A DNA stretch of 64,000 bases, from positions 1,114-65,113 of the forward strand of contig JBBIIC010000010.1 in the NCBI GenBank assembly GCA_037446725.1. Direction: 5' to 3'. The position numbers and the translations under genes were made by a program. The number at the start of each line of letters is the position of its first letter. The first letter of the stretch is position 1. The DNA is from Actinomycetota bacterium (GTDB taxonomy: Bacteria; Actinomycetota; Coriobacteriia; Anaerosomatales; SLCP01). The notes beneath the pieces are model-generated. The model was given only the letters and a program-made list of their open reading frames with translations. It was not told where the DNA came from and did no database searches. Of this stretch, positions 1 through 9,114 are shown in pieces.

Positions 1-1805
1 TCCTGCACATCGCCGAAGTTCTGGCCGATCTTGAACTTCCAGGTGACCCGCCGGTAGTTCTCCGTGCCAGACGAGCCCACACTCGAGGCCGCCAGGTCGG
101 GCACGATCCTGTCGGTGCCGAAGCCCGAGCCGGACAGGTAGGCGAGGTAGCTCGTGTCTGATAACTTGCGCGTGACCCACCCGCTTCCGGGGTCGTAGGT
201 GAACCACGCCAGGTAGCCGCGATAGCGCGAGCTGTCGCCGGAGGTGTAGTTGAGCAGCATGCGCATCTCGCGGACCTGGGCCCAGGACGGCGAGAGGACG
301 AGCATCTGTGCCGTCACCGTGTCGCCCAGCCGGTAGGTCGAGGTGTAGCCGGAGACAGAGTCCGTGGGCACGTTGTAGTCGACGATGAGCTGTGGGTCGT
401 AGGTCGTGCCCGCCTCGCGCGAGTAGAACTTCTTCCAATGCGTGGTGTTCTGGGTCCCGTCTTCTTTCTGATAGATCGAAAAGCCGTGGTTGGCCCAGGT
501 GCCGCGCAGCCAGTTCTGGACCGTCGCCGCGCACCCCTGGCTCACCCAGACCCCTCGCCCGGCGACAGACTGCGTCCCGAGGTTGGTGTGAGAGGGCCTC
601 GTGTTCCACGTCGTGGCGTTTGACCACGCGCTCGTGACCCTGCCGACGTAGACGTCGGTCGCGGCGCTCGCGTAGTACTGGTGGAACAGGTAGGCGCGGA
701 ACTGCGCGCTTGCCACGTAGGCGTTTGCCGGGATAGACGAGGTGTTGAACTTGACGAGCGCGCGGTTGTGGCCGGTGGTCGAGTCGTAGTAGCCGACCTT
801 GAGCTCGGTCGAGGAGCCGTAGGCCGTGGTCGGGTAGGCAGACGCGATGAACGTGTCCTCGCTCGCGTAGAAGGTCGGGTCGACGCGCACCGGGAAGACA
901 CGGGCCGGGTCTTCGAGCCACTGCCCTGAGAGCACGTACGTGAGGACGGCCTGTCCCCCGGCGACCTCGACGCTCATGGTGCTGTCGGTGCAATACGCCG
1001 GGTCACCTGCCGCGTTCACGCTCGAGTCGAACACGGTGAGCTCGCCCAGGTACAGGCGCGGCGAGGCCGCCCCCGGCTCGAACAGGGCTGTCGGACCTCC
1101 GGGGATGCGCCGCAGTTCCAGGCCGTCGAGCTCCAGCGCGAACGAGAAGGTCCTCGGCGCGTCTGCCGAGGAAAGGACGATGGTCTCCTTCAGCCCTCCG
1201 GGCAGCACCTCGTACTCGAGATCGGCGCTCCTGGCCACCCCGACATAGCGCGCCTTGTTGCCGACGACGACCGGGGCGCGCTCGGCGGTTCCGAGCATGT
1301 CGATGCCGACGGCCCATCCGTCGCGTTCGAGCCTGACCGGGCGCACTCCCGAAACCTGGGGCCCGAGCTCGATCCTGGCCGGCGTCGCCTTGGACTTGAA
1401 CGTGCCCGGTGCGCTCGCAGGGACGAGGTCGGTGAGGATGTCTTTCCACTGCGATCCGTCGCGGTAGTGGATCGGACCGTCGTGGATCTCAGCGCGCAGC
1501 GTGCCGTCGGACAGCTCGTAGTGCTTCGAGTCCTCGGTGCGCTTCTCGACGATCTCGCGCACGACGGTGGGGGGCTCGGTAGTGACCTGCCCCGCACGGT
1601 CTTCAGCGACATTGAGGGGCTCGCCCTCTGCGGCCGGCGTGTCGATCTCCGAGCCAGGGTAGCCCGGCTCGTTGCTCGCGAGTATATCGGCCGCCTGCGG
1701 GGCAGCGGCAGCCACGGATGCGTTGGTAAGGACCGGACCTGTCAGCAGAATGAACGTGAGCGTGAGCGAGACGAAACGATCGAACCCCCTGCGGACCCGC
1801 TTCAT
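1..1805 (-). CDS. Secreted protein with DNRLRE-like beta-sandwich/carbohydrate-binding domain (N-terminal about 601 aa only; C-terminus lies beyond the left edge)
   Basis: Absent from the ORF track because it has no stop in the window. Hand translation of the minus strand from ATG 1805..1803 stays open to position 1. It begins MKRVRRGFDRFVSLTLTFILLTGPVLTNASVAAAAPQAA (signal-peptide-like) and contains TELKVGYYDSTTGHNRALVKFNTSSIPANAYVASAQFRAYLF and WSNATTWNTRP, a pattern I associate with DNRLRE-type domains. Tracked ORFs 392..1923 are short Arg/Pro-rich alternative frames. Confidence 0.6.
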   Translation of the reverse strand, partial: MKRVRRGFDRFVSLTLTFILLTGPVLTNASVAAAAPQAADILASNEPGYPGSEIDTPAAEGEPLNVAEDRAGQVTTEPPTVVREIVEKRTEDSKHYELSDGTLRAEIHDGPIHYRDGSQWKDILTDLVPASAPGTFKSKATPARIELGPQVSGVRPVRLERDGWAVGIDMLGTAERAPVVVGNKARYVGVARSADLEYEVLPGGLKETIVLSSADAPRTFSFALELDGLELRRIPGGPTALFEPGAASPRLYLGELTVFDSSVNAAGDPAYCTDSTMSVEVAGGQAVLTYVLSGQWLEDPARVFPVRVDPTFYASEDTFIASAYPTTAYGSSTELKVGYYDSTTGHNRALVKFNTSSIPANAYVASAQFRAYLFHQYYASAATDVYVGRVTSAWSNATTWNTRPSHTNLGTQSVAGRGVWVSQGCAATVQNWLRGTWANHGFSIYQKEDGTQNTTHWKKFYSREAGTTYDPQLIVDYNVPTDSVSGYTSTYRLGDTVTAQMLVLSPSWAQVREMRMLLNYTSGDSSRYRGYLAWFTYDPGSGWVTRKLSDTSYLAYLSGSGFGTDRIVPDLAASSVGSSGTENYRRVTWKFKIGQNFGDVQ

Positions 1806-1939
1806 GAAGCCCCCCCCCGCTCCTTCTCAGGAGCGAGCCGGTGCTGGTCCGCGGCCCCCCTCGCAATCCCAGCCAGATGAAGTTGTCAGCCCTACCGTAG
1901 TCGAAGGTGTCGGCGGGGCGCAAGAGCCGTGCGGTGAAT

Positions 1940-1960
1940 CCCTGAGCGCAAGCCTCAGGG
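1940..1960 (-). terminator. Hairpin 15 nt downstream of the rho stop (CCCTGAG-N7-CTCAGGG)
   Basis: Perfect 7-bp GC-rich stem seen in the sequence. There is no U-tract, so it is only a weak intrinsic-terminator candidate. Confidence 0.3.
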
Positions 1961-1974
1961 ACTCCCGCTCGTCC

Positions 1975-3324
1975 CTACAGGTCGACGCCGTTGGACTTCT
2001 CGGCGGCCTTCTTGGCCATCCGGTGCAAGAACTCCTGGTTCGTCTCGACCTGCCGCAACCCCTTGATGAGCATCTCGATGGCTCGCTCGGAGTTGTCCAC
2101 CCCGTGCAGGATGCGGCGCAGGCCCCACACGAACGGCGCCTCCATCGGGTCGAGGAGCAGCTCCTCCTTGCGCGTGCCGCTCGTGACCACGTCGATGGCC
2201 GGGAAGATGCGCCGATCGGCGAGGCGCCGGTCGAGGCGGAGCTCCATGTTGCCGGTGCCCTTGAACTCCTCGAAGATCACCTCGTCCATCTTCGAGCCGG
2301 TCTCGACGAGCGCGGTCGCGAGGATGGTGAGCGAGCCGCCGTGCTCGATGTTGCGCGCGGCGCCGAAGAAGCGCTTGGGCGGGTAGAGCGCCGTCGAGTC
2401 GACACCGCCGGACAGGATGCGCCCGCTCGCCGGGGTGGCGAGGTTGTAGGCGCGGGCGAGGCGGGTGATGGAGTCGAGCAGGATGACGACGTCGCGCCCG
2501 CCCTCCACCAGGCGCTTCGCGCGCTCCATCAGCAGCTCGGCGACGGCGATGTGGTTCTCACTTGGCATGTCGAACGTCGAGGACACGACCTCGCCCTTGA
2601 TCGAGCGCTCCATGTCCGTGACTTCCTCGGGCCGCTCGTCGACGAGCAGACACAGGAGGTGGACGTCGGGGTCGTTCGCGGCGATCGACGCGGCGATGTC
2701 CTTGAGGATGGTAGTCTTGCCGGCCTTGGGCGGCGAGACGATGAGCCCGCGCTGGCCCTTGCCGATGGGTGCGACGAGGTCGATGATGCGCGCGGTCAGC
2801 TCCTCCTTGCCCGTCTCGAGACGGAAGCGCTCATCAGGGTAGACCGGCGTGAGGTCGCGGAAGTGCTTGCGCACCCTGGCTTCCTCGGGCGGCTGTCCGT
2901 TGACCGTGTCGATGCGCTGCAGCGCGGGGTACTTCTCGTTGTCCTTGGGCGGGCGGACCTGCCCGCGAATCAGGTCGCCCCGGCGCAGATCGCCCCGGCG
3001 GATCTGCGACATCGAGCAGTAGACGTCGGCATCTCCCGGCAGGTACCCGCTCGTGCGGATGAAGCCGTAGCCCTCGGGCAGCACGTCGAGGATGCCGCTG
3101 ATCTCGACGAAGCCCTCGGCCTTGACCTTGGCCTCGAGGACCGCGTCGATGAGCTCGTCCTTCTTCTTCAGCGCCTTGACGTCGAGCGAGAGCTCGGCCG
3201 CGATCTCGCGCAGTTCGGTGACCTTCTTGGCTTCGAGGTCGGCGCGGGTGATCGAGGGCTGAGGCGGTTGCTGCGGCTGTCCTCCGCCGCCGCGGCGGCC
3301 TCTCTTGCGGGGTCGTGCACTCAT
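1975..3324 (-). CDS. rho: Transcription termination factor Rho
   Basis: Track ORF 1975..3396. Rho_N-like LEAKKVTELREIAAELSLDVKALKKKDELIDAVL, an RNA-binding domain, and Walker A PPKAGKTT. I prefer the ATG at 3324 (MSARPRKRG...) because GGGAGAAGG lies upstream and it forms an ATGA overlap with the tal stop. Confidence 0.95.
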   Translation of the reverse strand: MSARPRKRGRRGGGGQPQQPPQPSITRADLEAKKVTELREIAAELSLDVKALKKKDELIDAVLEAKVKAEGFVEISGILDVLPEGYGFIRTSGYLPGDADVYCSMSQIRRGDLRRGDLIRGQVRPPKDNEKYPALQRIDTVNGQPPEEARVRKHFRDLTPVYPDERFRLETGKEELTARIIDLVAPIGKGQRGLIVSPPKAGKTTILKDIAASIAANDPDVHLLCLLVDERPEEVTDMERSIKGEVVSSTFDMPSENHIAVAELLMERAKRLVEGGRDVVILLDSITRLARAYNLATPASGRILSGGVDSTALYPPKRFFGAARNIEHGGSLTILATALVETGSKMDEVIFEEFKGTGNMELRLDRRLADRRIFPAIDVVTSGTRKEELLLDPMEAPFVWGLRRILHGVDNSERAIEMLIKGLRQVETNQEFLHRMAKKAAEKSNGVDL

Positions 3325-3983
3325 GAGTTCTTTACCTTCTCCCAGTCGGCGAGGAACGCGTCCAGGCCGCGATCGGTCAGCGGGTGCTTCACGCACTGCT
3401 GCAAGATCTTGAACGGTACGGTGGCGATGTCGGCGCCGAGGAGCGCTGCGCCCACGACGTGGCCGGGGTGGCGCACGCTCGCCGCGATGATCTCGACGTC
3501 GTGGCCGAAGTCGTAGTTGTTGATGGCCGCGACGGTGTTGCCGAGGTGCTCGAGGCCGTCCTCGGAGATGTCGTCGAACCGGCCGATGAACGGCGAGATG
3601 TAGGCGGCTCCCGCGCGCGCCGCGAGCAGCGCCTGCGGGACCGTGAAGCAGAGCGTCATGTTGACCTTGACTCCGCGCTCGTGCAGCTCTCGGGTCGCCG
3701 CGAGGCCCTCAGGCATCGTCGGCACCTTGACGACGACGTGCTCGTGGAGCTCGGCAAGCTCGAGGCCTTCGGCGACGATCTCGTCACGGATAAGGCTCAC
3801 GGTCTCGGCCGAGACCGGACCGTTGACGATCTCGCAAATCCGCACGATGTGGTCGTGGAACTCGGAGAGCTTGCCGCCTTCCCGCGCGTAGAGCGAGGGG
3901 TTGGTGGTCACGCCTGCGAGCGCGCCCCAGTTTGCCGCCTCCTCGATCTCGGCGATGTTCGCCGTGTCCAGAAAGAACTTCAC
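3321..3983 (-). CDS. tal: Transaldolase / fructose-6-phosphate aldolase family (short type 3B)
   Basis: 220 aa. MKFFLDTANIAEIEEA...GVTTNPSL and VVKVP (Schiff-base Lys context). GTG start overlaps the upstream stop (GTGA). Confidence 0.9.
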   Translation of the reverse strand: MKFFLDTANIAEIEEAANWGALAGVTTNPSLYAREGGKLSEFHDHIVRICEIVNGPVSAETVSLIRDEIVAEGLELAELHEHVVVKVPTMPEGLAATRELHERGVKVNMTLCFTVPQALLAARAGAAYISPFIGRFDDISEDGLEHLGNTVAAINNYDFGHDVEIIAASVRHPGHVVGAALLGADIATVPFKILQQCVKHPLTDRGLDAFLADWEKVKNS

Positions 3984-4936
3984 GGTCGGCCTTCCTCCTT
4001 CTCGGTGACACCCTCGGGGGGTGGTTCGTCCTTAGCCATGAGCACCTCGTTGACTACGTGCTCGAGTGTGTCTGCCACCGTCCGGTCGAGCTGGTGGCTA
4101 TGGATGACGCGGATGCTGTGCTCGCGCGCCTGCTCCTCGATGTAGTGCCCGAGCATGCGTATGTTGTCGAAGTTCGCCCGGTACCGCTCGAACGGCCGCA
4201 GTCCGTCGGTCTGCACCTCGCGGATGTAGAAGTGGCTGCGGTGGGCTTCCTCGTCCTCGACCCCGATGAGGATCTGCACGACCCGGGCACCGGGGAACTC
4301 GGACGGCTCGATATAGCCGGGGACAAGGTGCACGCCTTCGATGACGAGGCTGACGCCCTCTTTCATGCTCCGCTCGATGAGCGCCTTGATCCCTGAAGTG
4401 ACGACAGCCGCCTGCTCACGGAACCCGACGATGACCGGGTTGGCTCCATGGGGTACCGGGACTCGCAGGCTGCGCCACGCTTCGAACGCGCTCGAATGCA
4501 GCGCGGGCATGAGTTCCTCGGTAAAGATACCACGCATGACCTCTCGGATGGAATCCGTCGATACAAAGCGCGTGATACCGAGGCGGTGCGCCACCTCGGC
4601 GGCGATGGTCGACTTGCCGACACCGGTGGTCCCGCCGATGAGCACGATGACCGGCGCATCGATCTTGCTGAGCGCCGCGAGGTGCTGGTAGCGCTCGGCG
4701 TACCCGGCGCCCGCCATGCGGTCGAGGTACTCGATGGCGAGCTCCTTGAGGCGCTCCATCGAGATGGCGAGCTCGTCCCGCTCGCGCAGGTCGTCCTGGA
4801 TGGCCTGGGCGACCTCGTAGGCCTTGCTCGGCGGCAAGCCGGTGGCGGTGAAGGACTGCGCGAGAAGGCCCTTGGAGAACGGCAGGCCATGCCGCTTGTC
4901 CGAGAGCGTGATGACCCTGCTCTGCTGCTGTGCCAC
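3980..4936 (-). CDS. 2-phosphoglycerate kinase (cDPG pathway)
   Basis: Track ORF 3980..5038. HGLPFSKGLLAQS N-terminal motif, P-loop GGTTGVGKSTIAAEVAHRLGI, and STDSIREVMR. I prefer the GTG at 4936 (VAQQQSRVITL), preceded by AGGAGG and 1 nt after the cpgS stop. Confidence 0.75.
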   Translation of the reverse strand: MAQQQSRVITLSDKRHGLPFSKGLLAQSFTATGLPPSKAYEVAQAIQDDLRERDELAISMERLKELAIEYLDRMAGAGYAERYQHLAALSKIDAPVIVLIGGTTGVGKSTIAAEVAHRLGITRFVSTDSIREVMRGIFTEELMPALHSSAFEAWRSLRVPVPHGANPVIVGFREQAAVVTSGIKALIERSMKEGVSLVIEGVHLVPGYIEPSEFPGARVVQILIGVEDEEAHRSHFYIREVQTDGLRPFERYRANFDNIRMLGHYIEEQAREHSIRVIHSHQLDRTVADTLEHVVNEVLMAKDEPPPEGVTEKEEGRP

Positions 4937-4937
4937 C

Positions 4938-6281
4938 TCAGGACCTCCTGTCCGAACCGCGCTGAAACGCGAGGGACGCGGCCCCGAGCAGGAGCCCGTC
5001 CAGGTCGCCGCCGTCGACGGAGACCGGGACGTTGTCACAGAGCACCGTCGACACGCCGGCCTCTTCGCCCGCGGTCGCTACCACGTCGATGGCGGCCGCC
5101 TTGAGCTCGGTGAGCAGCAGGTCGTACTCACCCGCGCACGACTGCATGTCGCGCCGCAGCAGCGCGCGGTTCGACAGGTGCGGGCTCGCGCCGGCGACCG
5201 TGCAGCCGAACTCGCGCTCGAGATGTACGGTGAGCTTGGGGAGGACCGCCTCGGGCGCGGTGGTGGCGAAGAAGACGCGCGCGCCCTCGACCGGCTCGAT
5301 CGGCGCGGGCCGGAACGTGGTGGCGACGACCGGCAGGTCGGGACGGATCTCCGCGACCGCCCGCGCCAGCTCTTCGATCTCCTCCGTGCTCGCGTTAGGC
5401 TCCTCGGCGGTCGCGAGCACGACGGCGTCGGCGCGCCCGAGCCTAAACGGCCCGAAGTAGTCGCGCACGTACGCAAGCCCGCGCCCTGCGCCCACGACGA
5501 GCACCGTCGCGTCCGCGTGCACCGGCGGTATCGCCGCGCCAGAGCCCTCGAGCACGAGGAGTTCCTTGCCGAGCGAGTCGGCGAGCCGGGCGCCTGCCGG
5601 CACGTTGCTGAAGTAGGTCTCGCCGGCCATCCCGCCGCCGCAGCGGCGACATCCGACGGTGGTCACACGGCTCATCACAGCGTCCTCGTAGTTGTCCGAG
5701 GAGGCGTGTTTGCCCTGCTTGGCGAGTTCGAGCAGGTCGGGAGTTGTGAGCGCGACCTCATCGCCCCGGATGAGCTCGGGCTCGGCGGGGCCGCCCCGGC
5801 CCATGGCGAGCACCACGATGTCGCGGCCGCGCGCCTTGAGTAGTCGGGCCGCGTACGCCGATATCGCCGTCTTGCCTACCCGCTTGCCGGTGCCGATGAG
5901 CCCGAGCGTGGGGGTCTCTGTCTTGTGACTTGTGGTCGGCGGCGAGAAGTGGAAGTCGGCGCCACGGTACTCCGCGCCAAGCGCGAGGGCCACGCCGGCG
6001 AGCCGGAAGCGGTCCGCCGAGGTCACCACCGGCTCGTCGGACAGATCGACCACGAGGTCAGGGCCGTACTCGCCGATCGCCTTCTCGAGTGCGGCCTCCG
6101 CGGTGCCCGCGGTCACGAGCGGCACGCCGTAGGTGTCCAGGCCGCGCTCCAGGTCGACCTTCTCGGTGCCGCCGAGGAACGCAGCGGCGAGGACCTCGTG
6201 GTGCTCGGCCAGGCCGTCGAGGGCGAAACGTACGACGGGGGGGTAGTGCTCGCCGTCGATGAGCGCGACGATCCGGCTCAT
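4938..6281 (-). CDS. cpgS: Cyclic 2,3-diphosphoglycerate synthetase-like protein
   Basis: 447 aa. N-terminal ALIDGEHYPPVV motif and internal P-loop LIGTGKRVGKTAISAY, as I recall for methanogen cPGS. Directly coupled to the 2-phosphoglycerate kinase gene. Confidence 0.7.
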   Translation of the reverse strand: MSRIVALIDGEHYPPVVRFALDGLAEHHEVLAAAFLGGTEKVDLERGLDTYGVPLVTAGTAEAALEKAIGEYGPDLVVDLSDEPVVTSADRFRLAGVALALGAEYRGADFHFSPPTTSHKTETPTLGLIGTGKRVGKTAISAYAARLLKARGRDIVVLAMGRGGPAEPELIRGDEVALTTPDLLELAKQGKHASSDNYEDAVMSRVTTVGCRRCGGGMAGETYFSNVPAGARLADSLGKELLVLEGSGAAIPPVHADATVLVVGAGRGLAYVRDYFGPFRLGRADAVVLATAEEPNASTEEIEELARAVAEIRPDLPVVATTFRPAPIEPVEGARVFFATTAPEAVLPKLTVHLEREFGCTVAGASPHLSNRALLRRDMQSCAGEYDLLLTELKAAAIDVVATAGEEAGVSTVLCDNVPVSVDGGDLDGLLLGAASLAFQRGSDRRS

Positions 6282-7075
6282 ACGGTGACCTCCCCGGACT
6301 CGGCGGCGCGCCAGCGGCAGTACTTCTGGTGGACGTCACGGAAGTCCGCGACGCACTCAGCGCCGGCGAACGGCTCCTTGAGCAGCACGCGTACGCGCTC
6401 GCGGTCGTAGACCTCGATGACGTTGTAGCAGGGGCGCACGCGGCCGCGCAGGCGGTGCGAACACGCGGTGCCGGCGTTCACGATGAGAACGTCTTCGAGC
6501 CGCCAGACATTGGGCACGTGCTTGTGGCCGCAAAGCACAAGGTCTGTGCCGCAGTTCGATAGCACGCGCAGCAGGTCGCCGGCGTCGTAGACGATGTTAC
6601 GCTCGCGGCCCGTGCCCGGCACCGGCACGAGGTGGTGGTGCATGGCTATTACCTTGAACTCGTCGGGCTCGCCGAAGCGCTCCTCGATCCAGCGGTAACG
6701 CTCGCGGCCCACACGCCCGCTGTCGAGGTCTGGCTCGGACGAGTCAAGACCGAGCAGCCGGATACCCTCGGTGCGCACCTCGCGGCTGCGCGCCCCGAAC
6801 AGCTCGGTGAAGTGCTCGTCGCCGACGTTGCGCGAGTCGTGGTTGCCCATCAGCACGAGACGGTTCGGGCACTCGATGCGGTCGAGCAGCCGCTGGGCCT
6901 GCTTGAACTCCTGCCGAAACCCCATATCCGTCAGATCGCCGGTGACCACGACCACGTCCGGTCCCAGTTCGTTGAGCTCGTCAACCACGCGGGTGGCGAG
7001 GCTCGGTATGTGGTAACGCGAGCCGCAGTGCAGGTCCGAGATGTGCGCTATGACGAACGGCGTGCTCTCGCTCAC
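6278..7075 (-). CDS. Calcineurin-like metallophosphoesterase
   Basis: 265 aa. SDLHCG, VVVTGDLTD, GNHD, MHHH and GHKH metal-ligand motifs. GTG start with GGAGG 7 nt upstream. 4-nt overlap with cpgS. Confidence 0.85.
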   Translation of the reverse strand: MSESTPFVIAHISDLHCGSRYHIPSLATRVVDELNELGPDVVVVTGDLTDMGFRQEFKQAQRLLDRIECPNRLVLMGNHDSRNVGDEHFTELFGARSREVRTEGIRLLGLDSSEPDLDSGRVGRERYRWIEERFGEPDEFKVIAMHHHLVPVPGTGRERNIVYDAGDLLRVLSNCGTDLVLCGHKHVPNVWRLEDVLIVNAGTACSHRLRGRVRPCYNVIEVYDRERVRVLLKEPFAGAECVADFRDVHQKYCRWRAAESGEVTV

Positions 7076-7093
7076 GGTAGGGCCTCCCGGCTC

Positions 7094-8086
7094 CTAGTGC
7101 GGCAGGGTCTTGCGTACGGCGTCGGCGTCGGGCGCGAAGCTGCCGAGGCGCTCCAGGCGCGCTCCAAGGCCGATGAGGCTGCGGAGGAGCGCGCCGTAGT
7201 CCGACTCGGTGTAGGTCACCACGTGTGGCTCGCCCTCGATGCCACCGAGCTCGGCGGCACGGTCGAGCGCATCGTTGTAGGTCCCGATCGAGTCGATCAG
7301 CCCCATGTCGAGCGCGACAGTGCCCGGCCAGATCCAGCCGTTGGCCATCTCCTCGACCTTCGCCTCGGGCATCTGCCGCCCCTCGGCGACGATGCGGATG
7401 AACTCGCGGTAGGCTACGTCGATGTACTCCTCGAAGAGCGCGGTCTCGGTGGCCGTGAGGCTACGGTACGGGCTGCCGGCGTCCTTGTACTCTCCTGCTG
7501 TGAGCACCTGGAACTCGATCCCGAGGGTGTCGAGCAGCCCCTCGACGTTGGGTATCTGGGCGATGACGCCGATGCTGCCGACCGAGGAGGTCGGGGTCGC
7601 GATGATCTCGTCACACTGCGAGGAGACCATGTATGCGCCCGAGGCACACACGTCACCGATACTCACGACAACCGGCTTGGTCACGCGCGCGATCTCCATC
7701 GCGATCTCCTGCGAGGCCGCGACCGTGCCGCCGGGCGAGTCCACACGGATGAGGATCGCCCGGACCGTGGGGTCGGCCTCGGCCTGTTCGAGCTGGTCGA
7801 CGAAGTACTCCGGCGTGACGATGCCGTTGTAGATGCTACCCGTGCCGGCGATGACACCGTCCAGGTGGATGAGCGCGACGGCGTCCCCGCCCGTCCAACT
7901 CGGCGTGTCGGTGCGCATGAACGCCACGTAGGCCATAACCGAGCAGGCGCAGGCGGACAACAACAGGACCGCCACGGCGATGAAGAACCAACGCCAGCCG
8001 CTCCCGCGCGTGCGCCGGTCCTGCTCGACGGGGGGCGCCGGTGGTGAGGGTGCTCCGTAGGTGGGCGGGACGCCCTGGTCTTCCAT
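7094..8086 (-). CDS. sppA: Signal peptide peptidase SppA (36K type)
   Basis: 330 aa. N-terminal TM helix, IRVDSPGGTVAASQEI, and GDVCASGAY (ClpP/crotonase-fold serine peptidase). GGAGG lies 5 nt upstream of the ATG. Confidence 0.85.
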   Translation of the reverse strand: MEDQGVPPTYGAPSPPAPPVEQDRRTRGSGWRWFFIAVAVLLLSACACSVMAYVAFMRTDTPSWTGGDAVALIHLDGVIAGTGSIYNGIVTPEYFVDQLEQAEADPTVRAILIRVDSPGGTVAASQEIAMEIARVTKPVVVSIGDVCASGAYMVSSQCDEIIATPTSSVGSIGVIAQIPNVEGLLDTLGIEFQVLTAGEYKDAGSPYRSLTATETALFEEYIDVAYREFIRIVAEGRQMPEAKVEEMANGWIWPGTVALDMGLIDSIGTYNDALDRAAELGGIEGEPHVVTYTESDYGALLRSLIGLGARLERLGSFAPDADAVRKTLPH

Positions 8087-8188
8087 GGGAACCTCCGCAA
8101 GGGATACGGCACGTCACGGACGTGACGGCGGCAGGGGGTGCACCCTATATTCCCCGACCGGCGGCAGTCCGGTCAACACGGGCACAGC

Positions 8189-9109
8189 TCAGAGCAGCGT
8201 GGCGCCCGCACGCTCGATGCCGAGTGCGAGCGGGACGCGGCGTCCGGCGAGAGCGGCGACGCGCTCCCGCGCGCGCGATGCGACCTGCTCGGCCCGCGCT
8301 AACGCATCGGCGTCGTCGGCCCCGCTGACCAGACCGATGACCGTGGGCCCCGCCCCGGAGAGAACCGCGCCTGTCACCCCGGCGTCCACGAGCGCCTCGC
8401 GCACGTCGCCAAGGTCGACGACCGCCCGCGCGCGGTACGGTTCATGGATACGGTCGGAGAGCCCCGCCGCTATCGCTGCGGCGTCGCCGAGCGCGATCCC
8501 GGCGGCCAGCAACCCCGCCCGGCCGGCGCTGAACGCGGCATCCGCGTGCGGAACTGTGTCGGGAAGCAGGTTGCGCGAGGCCGTCGTCGCCAGAGGCGCG
8601 TCGGAGCCGACCACCACGGCCGCGAGCCCCGCGCCGGGCTCGACGCGCACGCACCGGGGCACGCCGTCAGACCAGCAGACCGTGAAGCCCCCGAAGAGCG
8701 CCGCGGCCGCATTGTCAGGATGTCCCTCGATCTCGCTGGCGAGTTCGAGCGCCGACTGCCGGTCCAGTCCCGCGCCCACGAGTGAGTCCGCAAGAAGTAT
8801 CCCGCCAACGGCAGCAGCCGCTGAGGAGCCGAGGCCCGCACCGGGCGGGATGCGGTTCTCGCAGCGCAGTCGGGCCGCCTGACCCGGCTGGCCTGCAGCG
8901 TCGAACACGCGCGCCATCGCCCGGGCGACACGGTTGGCGGGACCGGTGGACAACCGGCCCGCTCCCTCACCCGAGACCTCGACCGACCACTCGTCCGCCA
9001 GCTCGGCGGTGAAGCGGTTGTGCAGCGCGAGCGCAAGGCCGAAAGAGTCGAACCCCGATCCGAGGTTCGCGCTGGTCGCCGGTACCGAGACGCTGACCTG
9101 TGCGGGCAC
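8189..9109 (-). CDS. thrB: Homoserine kinase
   Basis: 306 aa. PATSANLGSGFDSFGLAL and GLGSSAAA GHMP-kinase motifs. GTG start 5 nt after the hom stop. Confidence 0.93.
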   Translation of the reverse strand: MPAQVSVSVPATSANLGSGFDSFGLALALHNRFTAELADEWSVEVSGEGAGRLSTGPANRVARAMARVFDAAGQPGQAARLRCENRIPPGAGLGSSAAAAVGGILLADSLVGAGLDRQSALELASEIEGHPDNAAAALFGGFTVCWSDGVPRCVRVEPGAGLAAVVVGSDAPLATTASRNLLPDTVPHADAAFSAGRAGLLAAGIALGDAAAIAAGLSDRIHEPYRARAVVDLGDVREALVDAGVTGAVLSGAGPTVIGLVSGADDADALARAEQVASRARERVAALAGRRVPLALGIERAGATLL

Positions 9110-9114
9110 GGCAG

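Noticed and set aside
1796-1810. Palindrome CTTCATGAAG spanning the start codon of the DNRLRE-like gene
   Set aside because: It is a 10-nt self-complementary sequence centred on the ATG. It is most simply a coincidence of codon choice (ATG AAG preceded by CTTC), and there is no supporting regulatory context.
1672-3516. 614-aa plus-strand ORF
   Set aside because: It is antisense to rho (and partly to tal and the DNRLRE-like gene). It contains no motifs. The rho frame is certain.
8087-8188. Promoter/attenuator between thrB and sppA (TTGACC at 8171-8176 on the minus strand; hairpin CGTCACG-GA-CGTGACG near 8113-8128)
   Set aside because: The -35-like hexamer has no convincing -10 at 16-19 nt (candidates GAATAT and TATAGG are poor). 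The hairpin has only a 2-nt loop. The evidence is too weak to call.
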